Made by a program: the position numbers and the translations under genes. 64,000 nt of DNA from Dictyostelium discoideum (Eukaryota): assembly GCA_000004695.1 (NCBI GenBank), contig CM000151.3:5760001-5824000 (forward strand), in the 5' to 3' direction. Shown here piece after piece: positions 1 to 15,626 of this stretch (position 1 is the stretch's first letter; every line of letters starts with the position of its first letter). The notes beneath the pieces are model-generated. The model saw nothing but the letters and a program-made list of their open reading frames with translations, made no database searches and had not been told where the DNA came from.

Positions 1-403
1 TTTATTTGATTATTCTTGGTAGTAATCCCACACTAATTATAGATAAATATTCATGTTTCAAATACATTGTTTGATAATAACGAGTACAAGACAACATTAT
101 TATCTCATTATTATTACCATAAAGATTAAAAACTTGAAAAACTAACACCATTGTTGGATTAAAATAGTAATTATCATTTAATAAAAATAAAAAAAAACAC
201 CACAAATACATAATACCCCATACAAATATAAAAACAACCACACCTGGGATAATTACATACATACACACACACCCTACACCACTTTTAAAAATAATGACAA
301 CACACAAACCACCAATAAATCCCTTCTTTTTTTATTTTTTTTATCTTTAAAAAAAACAAATATAAAATTTTAACAAATATAAAATTTTAAAAAATAAATA
401 ACT

Positions 404-436
<33 letters not shown>

Positions 437-589
437 TGATTATCAGATTTGAAACAAAATTATTTATAATGAGATAATATTAAACACACAATAAAAAAGA
501 TTTTTTAATTTTTTTAATTTTTTATTTTATTATTTTTTTTTTTTTTAAAAAAATTTTTCGTACATATATATATATTTATAAATAATTGT

Positions 590-3500
590 TTATTTAGTTT
601 GATGTCTAATAAATTTCAAAGCTATAAAAATACAAATGAAGAAAAAGACTGAATAACCAAAAATAACAGCCAAGAATTTATATTTATCTTCAGGTTTCAT
701 TTCATAACGTTGTAAAATTTGATTACCATTTGTAATTGGACAAATTGGGCCAACATCAATATAAGTACCATTAACTGTAAGAACATTAGGTATAGTGACT
801 GATTCACTACTTGTACAATGGAATTCTAAATCTTGGAATTCATTAATCATAACGATTGCCAATGGATAAGTAGTTGGATCCAATTGGTAGAACCAATGCC
901 ATCCTTTAGCGATTGAAGCTGGTGGGATCATAAAACCAGCGAACAAAGAACTGATTGAAAGTGCTACACCACCCAAGGCATGAGCAATTTCATCGGTTGG
1001 AAGTACAGTTGCGAAAACCATTGCCAACATTGAGAAATTGAAATAAGTTGTGAATGAGATGAAGGAGTGGTAAAAGAATGGAGCACCATTTGGATCTAAT
1101 CTAAGACCAGAGATAAAGTACATTGGAACTGTATAAATAATAGCAGAGAGGAAAACCCATGGTAAATCGGTAACGATAAAAGTGAAGAGATAAATTGGAA
1201 TTGAATACATGCCAGATGCTTGCTCACGATAGAAAACACCACGTTCCATATTAACGATTGGAATTGAAGACATACCAGACATACCACCAAACATAAGACT
1301 GAAGAAAAGAATTGAGACACGATTATAAATATTCTCTTGAGTTTCTTCCATTCTAACGAAAAGTGTACCTAAAACTACACCCAAGAAAAGTGAACGCATT
1401 AAACGAGTACGAATATTTTGAACTCTACGTACTTGTGCTAACCAAGAACGTTTACCCAATTCAACGAATTGAGTTTGATAGGATGAGGAATAAACACCAT
1501 GGAATTCTGGTACTGGTGTACCAACTGGCATAACACCAGCATCAATTTTGGCCAAAAGATCACTATTCAATTGTGATTCTTTGTATTGTTGAACTGGATG
1601 GAATTGATGTGGTTTACCATCGAGTGTGGTTTCAATGACATCATCGGTTACATCTAAAATGAAATCGGCTGGATTCTTTAATGGATCACAAATTAAACCA
1701 TGATTTTCAAAATAACCAAGTAAATCAGCACTCTTATCACCAGTTGGACCAAAGTAAACAGTTTCACCACCTCTCTTTAAGAGTAAAAGATGATCAAATT
1801 GTTTGAAAATTGAAGTTGATGGTTGATGAATTGTACAAATAATTGAACGACCACTTGATGCAATCTTTTTAATTAAATTCATTACCTTCAAGGCAGCAGA
1901 TGAATCTAAACCAGAGGTTGGTTCATCAAGGAAGAGCAATTGTGGATCTGATGCTAATTCAACACCAATGTTAACACGTTTACGTTGTGATAATGAAAGA
2001 CCTTCTTCACCATGACCAATTTGTTTATTTTGAATCTTTAATAAATTTAAAGTTTCAATAATGTTTTCAACAAATTTAATTTTCTCTTCATTTGGCATAT
2101 CACTTGGTAATCTAGTTTTAGCAGAGAATAAAATTGCTTCTTTAACAGTTTGAGTTGGTGGAAGAACATCAAATTGTTCAACGTATGCAGAGAGACGAGT
2201 AAAATATTTAGTTCTTTCTTGACCATTGATTAAAATTTGACCTTTAGTATGACCACCTGTTTTTCTATTAGCTAAAACATCTAATAATGTTGATTTACCA
2301 GCACCTGATGGACCCATTAAAGCAAGTAACATACCCGGTTTAACATAACCATTAATTTCATTCAATAATCTTAAACGTTGATTTTTACCATCTTTCTTTA
2401 CATCAACTTCATAAACCAAATCTTTCCATTGCATATAACAACCAATTGGAATTTCTTTTTGAGCTTTTACCATACGATTTTCTTTGATATCAACTTTGGA
2501 ATCCTTGATTTTCTTTGATCTCTTTGAGGCTTTTTTAGAACGTTTATCATTCTTTGGATCAGATGCTCTATGATCGACATGAACATTCTTGAGGAAGAAG
2601 TACATACCAAAAGAGAAAAGTGCACCAAATGCAAAAACAATTAACAAATCGATCCATTTGAACCAATTATTTTGTGGCATACCTAATTGATCAAGGAATT
2701 GATCACCTCTAGTAATTTGACAAATTGAAGAATTTCCAGAACCTCTTGGATATGGTAATTCAAAGTTTGGAGTATTACGTGGTGGGATTGTTTCACTATC
2801 ATCACAGCTATAAATTAAACCATGATGTTCATTTGACATGAGACCTTCAAAAGCATATTTAATTGGTGAGATCCAATAAATCCAAATCCACCAACCACCA
2901 ATACTTCTTTTTGGTGCCATAAAACCAGAGAACAAAATGAATGGAGCCAATGCAGCTGGTGCAATAACTGAAGCCAAGGTTGCATTTGGAGCAAAAGCTG
3001 AAACCATTTTAAAGAAAGATTGGAAAGCCAAATCACCAACGAAATTCATTAATAAAAAGTAAATGAATTTCTCTGCATTCGCTTGTAGACCACACATCCA
3101 ATAAACCAAAACACAAAATACCACAGTCTCTAAGAGTGCAATTGGAATTTCAGAAAAGATTAATGATAAAAAGAATGCAAATGTCTTGTAGTATTTACCA
3201 TCTTTTTGTATGTAAAACACCTCTCTTTGTTCGAAAAGAATTGCAATGGCACCCATACCCGAGAAAACAATAAACAACAATGAAAAGAAAATCAAACCCG
3301 ATCTATTATTACCATCGGTCTGATTCAAATCTAAACCATAAAAGAGTGAACCCAAAATTAAACCCATTACAATCGATTTTATAATTCTCATTCTAACGGC
3401 AACTTGACTTGAAATTAACATTTTAAATGCTCTAATACTTGCTAAACGAATTTGATAGGATAAAGGTGTTGGATATTTTGGAAGATGTGAACTATCTTTA

Positions 3501-3944
3501 CAAAATGTTAAATCTGGTTGAGTGTTATCTAAATCATTTACAATACTTTGGAACATTGCGCTATTCTTGTATGCATTTGCAAATTCTTCGGCACCTCTAA
3601 GTGGTGGTTCACCTTCACCTTCAAAATATAATTCTGGTTCATCAACAATCTCTTGGAAAAATTCTGCTGGATTATGATGTTTTGGTAATTTAAATCCTAA
3701 TCCTTCAAAATATGAAATTGCATCTGACATTGGTCCAAAATAAACCATATGACCAGCATTCATAATCATTAAGAAATCAAATAATTTTGTAACTTCAACA
3801 CCTGGTTGTAATAATGCTACCAAACTTGAAACTTGATTTACATTTGATAATTCTCTAAAATGTTTCATTAACTTTTTTTTTAATAAAAAAAAAAAAATAA
3901 AAATAAAATAAAAAAATATTAATACTAAATTTTAAAAACTATTA

Positions 3945-3975
<31 letters not shown>

Positions 3976-4773
3976 ACTTCTAAAGTAGTAGTTGAATCTA
4001 AACCAGTTGATGGTTCATCCATTAAAAATAAACCAGCATCTTTAACCATTTCAACACCAATTGTAACTCTTTTCTTTTGACCACCCGATACACCTCTTAA
4101 AAATTCATTACCAACAACTGTATCTTGTTGTCTAGTAAGATCCAAAGTCTTTAAAATATAATCAACTCTTGCGTTCTTTTCTTCTTCAGATGTACCTTCA
4201 CTCATTTGAAGATCGGCTGAAAATTTAAATGTTTCTCTAACTGTGAATGGAGCTATTATAATAAAAAAAAAATAAAAAAAAAATTAGAATTTTTAATTTA
4301 TTTTTATTATTATTATTATTATTATAATTATTATTTTACTTACCCATATGATGATCACCTTGTACAACATATGCAACATCTCTATGATGAGTACTTTTAT
4401 TAGCAGCTTTACCATTAAATAATAAACTACCAGATACAGTTTCAGAATGTAATTGATTGGCCAATGCTTTCATAACTGAGGTTTTACCACAACCTGGAGA
4501 ACCCAAAATTAAAACCATTGAACCTGGTTTAAGGAAAAAATTTAAATCTGATAAAATATTTCTTTTATCACCTTTCTTTTCAGTACCAATAGACATACTT
4601 AAATTTCTAGCGGTGACATACATTCCTTTCTTTTCTTTATATAAACCCATTGGAGCACCCGAATTATCATATGAAATACTTTGCATTCCGCCAATTGTAT
4701 TATCAGCTGCAAATGATTTTTGTCCAAATTCTTGTAATGGGATTTCATCATTACCAATTTCTGGTGGAGCCAT
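590..4773 (-). CDS. Full-size ABC transporter, G (PDR/White) subfamily, arranged NBD-TMD-NBD-TMD. It has three exons, join(4344..4773, 3978..4216, 590..3871), about 1316 aa.
   Basis: Exon 1 starts at ATG 4773 in an AAAATGG context and carries the Walker A motif [11 protein letters not shown]. Exon 2 carries the ABC signature [15 protein letters not shown] and Walker [13 protein letters not shown]. Exon 3 encodes a 6-TM domain, a second NBD ([33 protein letters not shown]) and a second 6-TM domain. The introns have GTAAGT donors, seen as 'acttac' on the plus strand at 4338-4343 and 3972-3977, and T-rich/AG acceptors. Phases are consistent (1, then 0), and the junctions read ...[11 protein letters not shown]... 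and ...[13 protein letters not shown].... Confidence 0.9.
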
Positions 4774-6657
4774 TTTTTAAATTATATATATGTTTATATT
4801 TTTTTTTTTTTTTTTAAAAAAATTTTCTTTGGTTGTTTTTTTTTTTTTTTTTTTACAATATTATTATTATAATTGTGATTTTATATATTCGTAATGTTAT
4901 AAATAAATAAATGAATAATTAATTTTTTATGTGTATTTAAAAACTTTAAAAAATTAAATTATTGCTTTTTTTTTTTTTTTTGTTGAATTCTATTTTAATT
5001 TATATAAAAAAAATATATTAAAGTGAAATAAATAAATAAAAAAAATAAAAATAAATAAAATTAGTATTTAAGTTATATTTGCATTATTCTAAAAATAAAT
5101 TTTTTTTTTTATTTTATTTTATTTTATTTTATTTTTTTTTATTTTTTTTTTTTTTTTTTTAATGAAACTGCTAAAATGACGAATTATAATTATTTTATGA
5201 TGAAAGTGTTGTGGTGGGACGTTGATTCTATCATATTATTGTTTAACAAGATTAAAAAGGAAGGTTTTTTTATTTTACAATAAAAAAAAATTTAAGTGGG
5301 AGTGGGTGAGTGGGAAAAAAAAAAAATAAAAATGATAATAATAAATTAAAAAATATGAATAATTTAATATCGTATGAATGGCATCAAATGTTTTTTAATT
5401 ACAATTTTTTGGGTTAGTGTGAATAAAAATAATAAACATGATTCATCACCATTTAAATCTATTTTTTTTTTTTTTTTTTTTTTCTCTCATAGAATTAAAT
5501 AATTGAATATATCGGTGTGTGCGTGTGTGTTTTAAAAAAAGAATGTGTTTGAACAAGTAATTTTTTTTATTTTTATATTAAATTACATTTTTTTTTTTTT
5601 TTTTGTAGTGTGGTCTGAAATTGGGTGATTAAGGTTGAACATAATTGTTTTATTATTATTAATCATTAAAAAAAAAAAAAAAGATAACACTAAAACAAAA
5701 AAAGAAAAAAAAAAAAAAAAAAATATTTTGGAATATTGGGTTTTTTTTTTTTTTGGTAAAATTACTGGGAAACAAACCTTTTAAGATATTTTTTTTTTTT
5801 TTTTTTTTAAAATTATTAAAATAAAATAATTATAAAAAATTTTAAATAAATATAATAATAAATAAATAAATATTATTATTAATATTAATGTTAAATGTTA
5901 CAATGATTATTTGTTTTTTGTTTAAAGAACAAATTTTGAAATGATTAGAAAAAAAAAAAAAAATTGTCTTTATAAATTTTTCACTTGGGTCGTCAAAAAA
6001 AAAAAAATAAAAAAAAATAAAAATAAAAAAAAAAAACTTTTATTCAATTATAATTATAAATAAATAATAATAATCAATTATTTTTGGAATTCGCAATAAT
6101 TTACTTTTTAATGTTGTCATTTTCACAAACAACATAAACTGAATTGTTGTCGTTTTCATATCGTTATTGGTCTTAAAATAAATTATTTTTTTTTAAATTT
6201 TTTTTTTTAAAAATTTTTGCGCGACCTTTTTCCAAAAAAAAAAAATTTGGTTGATAAGTTTTTTTTTTTTTTTCAATTTTGGGAAATCTACTGTTTTCAA
6301 CCCTTTATAACGATATTTATTTTATTTTAGTACACACCCTTTTATTCCTTTTTTTTTTTATTTTTTTTTTTTTTTTATTTTTGTTTTAAAATTATTTTTA
6401 AACCAAACGCTACGGTGGTGAAAAATCATCATAAAAAAGCTCAATGAGAACATATAGATTTTTAAAAATAGATTAAGATAGTGTGTAAAAACCAACTTAT
6501 GATGATTTTTTTTGTTGTTCAAAATCTGTAACTTTTACACATAATATTACATTATATTTTTTTTTTTTTTTTATTTTTTTTTTTAAACACCATAAAATAA
6601 TTCATTTTAAATCATATACTTCTCCATATGGAAACCAATTTTTTTTGGTTTTAATTT

Positions 6658-6694
<37 letters not shown>

Positions 6695-6803
6695 ACCAAA
6701 ACATGATCAAACTTTTTAACAACAAATTATTCGTTTTTTTTTTTTTTTTTTTTTTTTTGAGAGAAATCAAAACATTATCAAATTTTTTAACAACAAATTA
6801 TTT

Positions 6804-6805
<2 letters not shown>

Positions 6806-6873
<68 letters not shown>

Positions 6874-6880
6874 CTTTTTT
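6806..6880. repeat. Poly(dT) homopolymer tract of about 70 nt, with shorter T-runs flanking a tandemly duplicated ~45-bp unit.
   Basis: The unit 'aaaccaaaacatgatcaaactttttaacaacaaattattcg' at 6691-6733 recurs as 'gaaatcaaaacattatcaaattttttaacaacaaattatttgg' at 6763-6805. Each copy is followed by a T-run. Confidence 0.85.
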
Positions 6881-7350
6881 TCAAAAAAAAAAAAAAAATT
6901 ATCGGACCTTCTTTTTTTTTTTTATTTTAAAACATTATTATTTTAAATTTATAAGGTGGCATAAAACCTTTTCAGAAAATATGGAACTATGTAAAATGGC
7001 AATCTATAAGGCGATATTATACCTTTTTAGAAAAAAAAAAAATTTAAAAAAAAAAAAAATAAAAATAAAAAATAAGAAAATAATTTATTAATAAAAAAAA
7101 AAATAAGAAAAACAAATTAATTAAGGGTATTTCAGTTTTATTTTTGGTTTAAAAAAATTTTTATTTTTGTTTTTAATTAAATATTGTGTATAAAAATTAA
7201 AAAAATAAAAGAAAATGAATTTTTTTTTTTTTTTTGGGAACAATTGGCACTTTTTATTATAATTTTTTTTTTTTTTTTTTTTTTTTTTTGAGAACAATCA
7301 ACACTTTTTGTTATAATTTTTTTTTTTTTTTTTTTTTTTTAGTTAATTGT

Positions 7351-8015
7351 TTATTGTTTAAAGTAAATATTATTTAAAAAAGCTTTATTTTCTTCTTTTT
7401 CTAAAGAAGATTTTGCGTAATCTATATCATCATTAATTGCTTTAACCAATTCTTCTAAAGATTTAAAATCGCACATTGGTCTAATGAAACCTAAACCAAT
7501 TGCACGTAATTCAGCACCATAAAAATCACGTTCAAATTTATTTATTAAATGAATTTCTATTGTCTTCTTTGTATTTTTATAAAATGGGTTCCAACCAATG
7601 CTCATTGCCATTGGAAAAACTTTATTTCCTTCTAATCCTATAACATTAGCCCATCCATAATAAACACCAATCGGTATATCTTTTAATTCTTCTTCTAATT
7701 CTTCAACTGGTAAATTTGCTATTATAATTATAATTATAATTATAATTATAATTATAATTATTATTATTTTTTATTTTTTTTTAATATTAAATATAAAATT
7801 AATTTTATTTTAGTTAATAATTATAATTATAATTATTTTTATTTTTATTATTATAAATATTATTTTTTATTTTTATTTTTTAAAGTACACATACCAGTCG
7901 GTATACCAAGTTGTTTACTTCCTCTCCCAAACCCTGTAATGACAGAACCTTTAAAAAATAATGGTAATTTATCTAAAACTTGACCAGAGTTTCCTCTTTC
8001 TATTTCTGCTGTCAT
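7351..8015 (-). CDS. rfk: Riboflavin kinase (flavokinase). It has two exons, join(7895..8015, 7351..7718), 162 aa.
   Basis: Exon 1 reads MTAEIERGNSGQVLDKLPLFFKGSVITGFGRGSKQLGIPT. It is followed by a GTATGT donor and a 176-nt AT-rich intron. The phase-1 junction rebuilds the diagnostic PTAN motif (GIPT-ANLPVEE). Exon 2 reads ...VYYGWANVIGLEGNKVFPMAMSIGWNPFYKNTKKTIEIHLINKFERDFYGAELR..., which is the riboflavin-kinase beta-barrel signature. Confidence 0.82.
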
Positions 8016-8032
8016 TTTTATTATTTGCTTTT

Positions 8033-8064
<32 letters not shown>

Positions 8065-8394
8065 TTTTGCTATATTATTATTGTTATTATTATTATTACT
8101 ATTATTATTATTATTATACTATACAACACTGAACGAGAATAATTAATTATTCAAGAATAAATATTCACGAAAATGAAAAAAATAAAATAAAAAAAATTAA
8201 AAAAAATAAAATTAAAAAAAATAAAATAAAAAAAATTAAAAAAAATAAAATAAAAAAGAAAAAAGATTAATAGGTCGATTTTTATTATTTGTAATAAATT
8301 TCTTTTTTTTTTTTTTTTTTTTTTTAAAAAAAATAAAAAAAAATACAAAAAACGGAATGGTCAGTTTTAATTATTAAAATAATTAATGGGGTTG

Positions 8395-8429
<35 letters not shown>

Positions 8430-8613
8430 TAGATCTTTTAGTGTGCAACCTTTTAGTTTGGTAATTTTAAAAAAACCAAAATAATCTTTAATTTTTTTTT
8501 TTTTTTTTCAAATTTTTTTTTTTTTTTTTTTTTTCATTTTTTTTATTTTTATTATTTTTTTATTTTTTTATTTAATAATTTGTAGTAGTAATAATAATAA
8601 TAATAATAGAAAA

Positions 8614-8916
8614 ATGGCTGATGATAAAAAGAAACAATTAGAAGAATCAAAAAGATTAGTAGAATTATTTAAAGCAAGTTCATTAGCATCAAAAAAACCA
8701 AAGGGACATGAATTTTGGGATACTCAACCAGTTCCAAAGATTGACGATAAAATTATTGAATCTGGTCCAATTGAAAATAAAACTTTAGATGATGTTAGAA
8801 AAGATCCATTAACTTTACCACCAGCTTTTGAATGGATTGAATTAGATTGTAATAAACCAGAAGAAGTAAGTTTTTTTTTAATTTTAATTTTATTTTTTAT
8901 ATAAACATATTTTAAT

Positions 8917-8975
<59 letters not shown>

Positions 8976-9966
8976 GTTAAAAGAAATTTATACATTACTT
9001 TATGAAAATTATGTTGAAGATGATGATAATATGTTTAGATTTGATTATTCACCAGAGTTTTTAAAGTGGGCATTACAACCACCAGGATTTTTAAAGGAAT
9101 GGCATATTGGTGTTAGAGTTGTTGAATCAAAGAAATTGGTAGGATTTATTTCAGGTATTCCAGCAACTATTAGGGTAGAGGGTAAACCAATTACAATGGT
9201 AGAGATCAACTTTTTATGTGTTCACAAAAAGTTAAGAGAGAAACGTTTAGCACCAGTACTTATCAAAGAGGTGACAAGAAGAGTTAATCTTAGAAACATT
9301 TGGCAAGCCGCCTATACAGCTGGTGTAGTGTTACCAAAACCAGTTGCAATTTGTAAATATTGGCATAGATCAATTAAGCAACAGAAACTCGTTGAGGTTG
9401 GGTTCAGTGCGATACCACCAAAGATGACTATGGCATCCATGGTGAAATTGTATCGTATCAATGATGAAATGAAACATCCATTACGTCCATTGACCAAAGA
9501 GGACGTACCATCATTCAAGGTGTTATTGGACGACTACTTGTCGAAATATAAAATCGCACCAGAGTTCACCACTGATGAAGACGTTTGGCATTGGTTTGAG
9601 ACTAGAAAGGACGTTATCACTTGCTATGTAAAGGTTGACGAGTCCACTAAAAAAGTCACTGATGCTTTCTCATTCTACAATTTACCATCAACCATCATTG
9701 GTAATGCAAAACATAATACCCTCAAAGCAGCATTCTCCTTCTATAATGTAGCCACAACTATGTCAATCACTGATTTGGTTGGTGACGCACTTGTCACTGC
9801 AAAGAAAATGGATTATGATGTCTTCAATTGTTTAGATGTTTTCGAAAATTCAACTTTCTTTAAAGATTTGAAATTTGCGGTTGGTGATGGTGATCTTCAA
9901 TATTATTTATACAATTATTCAACTCCAACTAAAAAATCATCTGAAATTGGTTTAGTTTTGTTATAA
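8614..9966 (+). CDS. nmt: Glycylpeptide N-tetradecanoyltransferase (N-myristoyltransferase). It has two exons, join(8614..8865, 8977..9966), 413 aa.
   Basis: The KGHEFWDTQPV motif is present. The junction reads ...ELDCNKPEE (donor GTAAGT at 8866), then a T-run intron ending AATAG at 8976, then LKEIYTLLYENYVEDDDNMFRFDYSPEFLKWAL, which matches the conserved NMT region. The C-terminal half covers the whole NMT fold and ends ...GLVLL. Confidence 0.9.
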
Positions 9967-10032
9967 GAAAAAAAAAAAAAAATAAAAAATAAAAAATAAA
10001 AATAAAAATATAAATAGAAATAAAAAATTAAT

Positions 10033-10074
<42 letters not shown>

Positions 10075-10894
10075 TATCTTTATTTTTTCTTTTGGTTTTG
10101 GTTTAAATTCAAATAATTCATTGACATCTGTTGTTCAAATTATTTTTAATTTCTTTTATTTTTTTATTTTTTTTCATTTTTTTTTTTTTTCATTTTTTTT
10201 TTTTTTTCATTGAAAAAACAAAACACCACCAGATGGCACAAGCCCAATTACATTGAGAAGATTTTTTTTTTTTTAAGAATTTGGATTCTTTTTTTAACTC
10301 CAACAGTTTATTTTTAAATATTTTTTTTTTTAAATATTTTTTTTTTATAATTTTTTTCTTTTTTTTTTTTATTTTTTTTTATATAAATAAATAATTTAAA
10401 ATAATATTCAAGTAGTTATAGTATTTATAATAAACAAAAAGATAATTTAAAAAAAAAAAATAAATAAATAAATTCTGTAAAATTCAAAAAATTCTATTTT
10501 CTCTCACCACACTTTATAACTAACCACATCTTGTATTACTTAGTTAAAAATATATTTTGTAAATAAAAAAAATAAAAAATATAAAAAAAAATAAAAAAAA
10601 AAAAAATAAAAAAAAAAAAAATATAAAAAATAATTTTCCAAATAATCAAATAAAAGTAAGTTAGTTTATTTTTATCTTTATTTTAATATTTCAAATAAAT
10701 TTGTTTATTAATAATTAATTGTTATTATTATTATTATTATTATTTTTTATTTCTTTATTTTTTAATTTTAATTTTAATTTTTTTTTTTTTTTTCATTTTT
10801 AAATTATGTTTGTAAAGTTTAAATATAATAAATAAAGAATTAAAAAAACTATAAAATAAAATAAAATAAAATAAAATAAAATAAAATAAAATAA

Positions 10895-11648
10895 ATGGAT
10901 AGAAATTTTTTAAATGAAAGTAATAATAGTACAAATAATAGAAATAAATATGTAATATATGATGAAGAAGAAAGTAAACCATTATTTTATAATTATGATT
11001 TTAGAAAAAAGAATAAAATGGTGATGTATTTATTTGATTGGATGATGGTTGTTATACTTTTAATAGTTGGCGGTATATTATTTTTAAAAGTTACAGTTAG
11101 AGGTCGTTTATTTACATTGGATGACGAGTCAATATCATATCCAAAATTACCAGAATTAGTGCCAATGCATGTTTTAATACCTGTTATTATAGCATTACCA
11201 CTTGCAATTATAATTGTTGTTAGTTTAATTGTTAAACGTGATTGTCACGATTTCCATCACGCAATTCTTGGTTTAGCACAATCATTAGCATTAACATTAC
11301 TTTTAACTGGTTCTTTCAAATGTTTTATTGGTGGATTACGTCCAAATTTCTTGGAAGTTTGCGACCCAACACCTGCATCAATAGCAGCAGGAAATCCACC
11401 AGTTGGTTTTAGTAAAATTTATTATGACCGTTCAATTTGTTCTGCCGATGATTCAATTGTAAATGATGCATTAAGTGCATATCCATCAGGTCATAGTTCA
11501 ATAACAGCAGCATCATTTGGCTTCTTGGCATTATTTATTCACGCAAAGTTTAAAATATTCGATAATAGAGGTCATATTTTCCTTTATGTCATTGTTAGTG
11601 GTTGTATAATTGGTGCAGGTTTAATTGGTATTAGTAGAGTTGCTGTAG

Positions 11649-11714
<66 letters not shown>

Positions 11715-12029
11715 ACATATTAAATTATTACTAACTAAAATTTTTATTATTAAACCATTATTTTAATATAGGATTATCGTCATACATTTTTAAATGTATT
11801 AGCTGGTTGGTCAATTGGTTTAATTATTGCTTTATCATGTTATCGTTTAAATTATAGTTCATTATTTGGTCGTGATAATCATGTTTCAATTCATTCCCAT
11901 TGGTTAACTTATTGGAATCATCATGATAATTTAAATAATAATAATAATAATATTAAAAATAATTTTGATTTAGAAAAAAATTGTAATCAATCACCAAATA
12001 ATATTGCATTGGATGAATTAAATAAATAA
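10895..12029 (+). CDS. PAP2-superfamily lipid phosphate phosphatase (LPP-like). It has two exons, join(10895..11644, 11772..12029), 335 aa.
   Basis: Six TM segments are present. Motif C1 is KCFIGGLRPNF and C2 is YPSGHSS. C3 is split by the intron as ISRVA|DYRHTFLNV, across a GTAGGT donor at 11645 and a TATAG acceptor at 11771. The C3 Asp is replaced by Asn. Exon 2 is open through ...ALDELNK*. Confidence 0.8.
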
Positions 12030-12183
12030 ATTTTTAATAATAAAAATAAATAATAAAACATGTAAAATTAGTTATAAAGTAAATTTTTTTTAAAAAAAAA
12101 AAAAAAAAAATAATAATTTCTTTTTTTAATATTTTTATCTTTAAATTTCCCCAAAATATTATTTTTACCTTTTTAAGCCTTTC

Positions 12184-12217
<34 letters not shown>

Positions 12218-12567
12218 CTAATAAATTAATTTTTATTTGGAATAAATAAAACTAAATGTTTAATAATAAGAAATAAAAAACATCTTAAATCTAAAAATAT
12301 AATATTATTTTTATTTTTATTTTTTCAACCCTAATAAATAATATCCAAAACACTGTCTAATTTATTTATGAATTATTTTTTTTGGAATTTTTTTTCAAAT
12401 TATCTCTATTAATAATAATAATAAAAGGAAAATTAAAAATTATTTTGGTTTTATAAAAAAATTGAAATTTCAAATAATATTGTATTAGGTTCAGATTATC
12501 TGTTTGTTTGATTTCAAAAAAAAAAAAAAAAAAAAAAATGAAATTGAAAAAAAAAAAATATCTTTTG

Positions 12568-12599
<32 letters not shown>

Positions 12600-12750
12600 G
12601 GAAAACTCAAAAATTTGAGAAAAAGGTTTGAGAAAGGAATAAATAAAATTTTTTTTATTGTTATGAAAATTTGTAATATTATATTATTATTATTATTATT
12701 TTGAGAAAAATTATTGATCCAAAAAAAAAGGATTGAAAAAATATAATAAT

Positions 12751-14334
<1,584 letters not shown>

Positions 14335-14774
14335 TTTTTTTTCTATTTTTTTGTATTTTTTTTTTCTACTTTTTTCTTTTTTTTTTTTTTTTAAATAAAA
14401 TATTTATATTTTAAAATCAAATTCAAAAAACAAATAATAAAATAAAATAAAATTAAAAAAACAAAAATTTTTTTTTTTGAGAATAAAAATAGGTGGCTGG
14501 ATCTTTTTTTTTTGTGTTTTTTTTTTTTTTATTTTTTTTTATTTTTTTTGAATTTTTAATTTTTTTTTTTTCAAATTTTTTTTTTTTTTTTCAAAAACGA
14601 ATTACTTTGTTTTTTTTTTTTTTTAATACAAATAACAATCCTTTTTATCAATAATTATTATTATTAATCCTTTTTTTTTTTATTAAAAAAAATTTAGTTT
14701 TAATTATTTTTTTAGAAAAAATTTAAATTATTATATATATATTTTTTTATACCAAAATTTAATTTAATATTATT

Positions 14775-14826
<52 letters not shown>

Positions 14827-15594
14827 TTATATTTTATTTTTATAATAATAATTTAATTAATATTTAATTTATTTATTATTATTTTAATTATTATTTATTT
14901 TAATTATTTAATTTTTTAAAATTTATTTATTTATTTTTTTTCAATAATAATTGTTCAATTTAATTTATTTATCTTGAATCAATTATTATTATTATTATTA
15001 TTATTATTTTTTTTTTAATTCATATATTTAAATATTTAATTTTTTCAAAAAAATATTTTGAATTTAAACTTCAAAAATATTAAATAAAAAATATATTTAA
15101 AAATAATTTAAATTATTACATAATAATAATAATATTAATAAATTTACTCAATATAAAATTATACCTTTTTTTTTTTTTTTTTTTTTTTTTTTATTGTGGA
15201 AAAAATAAAATTTTTTTTTTTATTTTTTTTTTTTTTTTTATTTTTATTTTTTTATTTTTTTTTTTTTTTTTGTTTTTGTTTTTGGTTTTATTTTCAGTGT
15301 TGATGACAATAAAGAAAGATTTTGTAATTAATTAAATTAATATTACCTCAATTTTTCTTATTATTGGCTTAAATAATTTTTTTCTAAAGGTATTATATTT
15401 TTTTTTATAATTATAGTCACATAATAATCATAATTCATGAATAAATATAAAAAAAATAAAAAATAAAAAATAAAAATAAAAACAAAAACAAAAATAAAAA
15501 ATAAAAGAAAAAAATATACACAAAAAAAAAAAAAAAAATTATCAATAATAAAAATAACAGAAAATATATTTATACTTCAATAAATAATTTACAC

Positions 15595-15626
<32 letters not shown>

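Noticed and set aside
2-307. 101-aa minus-strand ORF at the window edge with non-AT-rich composition
   Set aside because: It could be a small hydrophobic protein, or the 3' exon of a gene that extends beyond the window. There is no recognisable family, and the starting 'M' may be a non-ATG start from the ORF caller. The evidence within the window is insufficient.
6703-8348. Poly-F and poly-L ORFs (6703..6930, 7961..8146, 8151..8348) and the similar 48080..48378, 54818..55039 and 59241..59441
   Set aside because: They are translations of poly(T), poly(A) and simple-repeat intergenic DNA.
9312-9518. 68-aa minus-strand ORF inside nmt
   Set aside because: It is antisense to a highly conserved NMT exon and has no start context.
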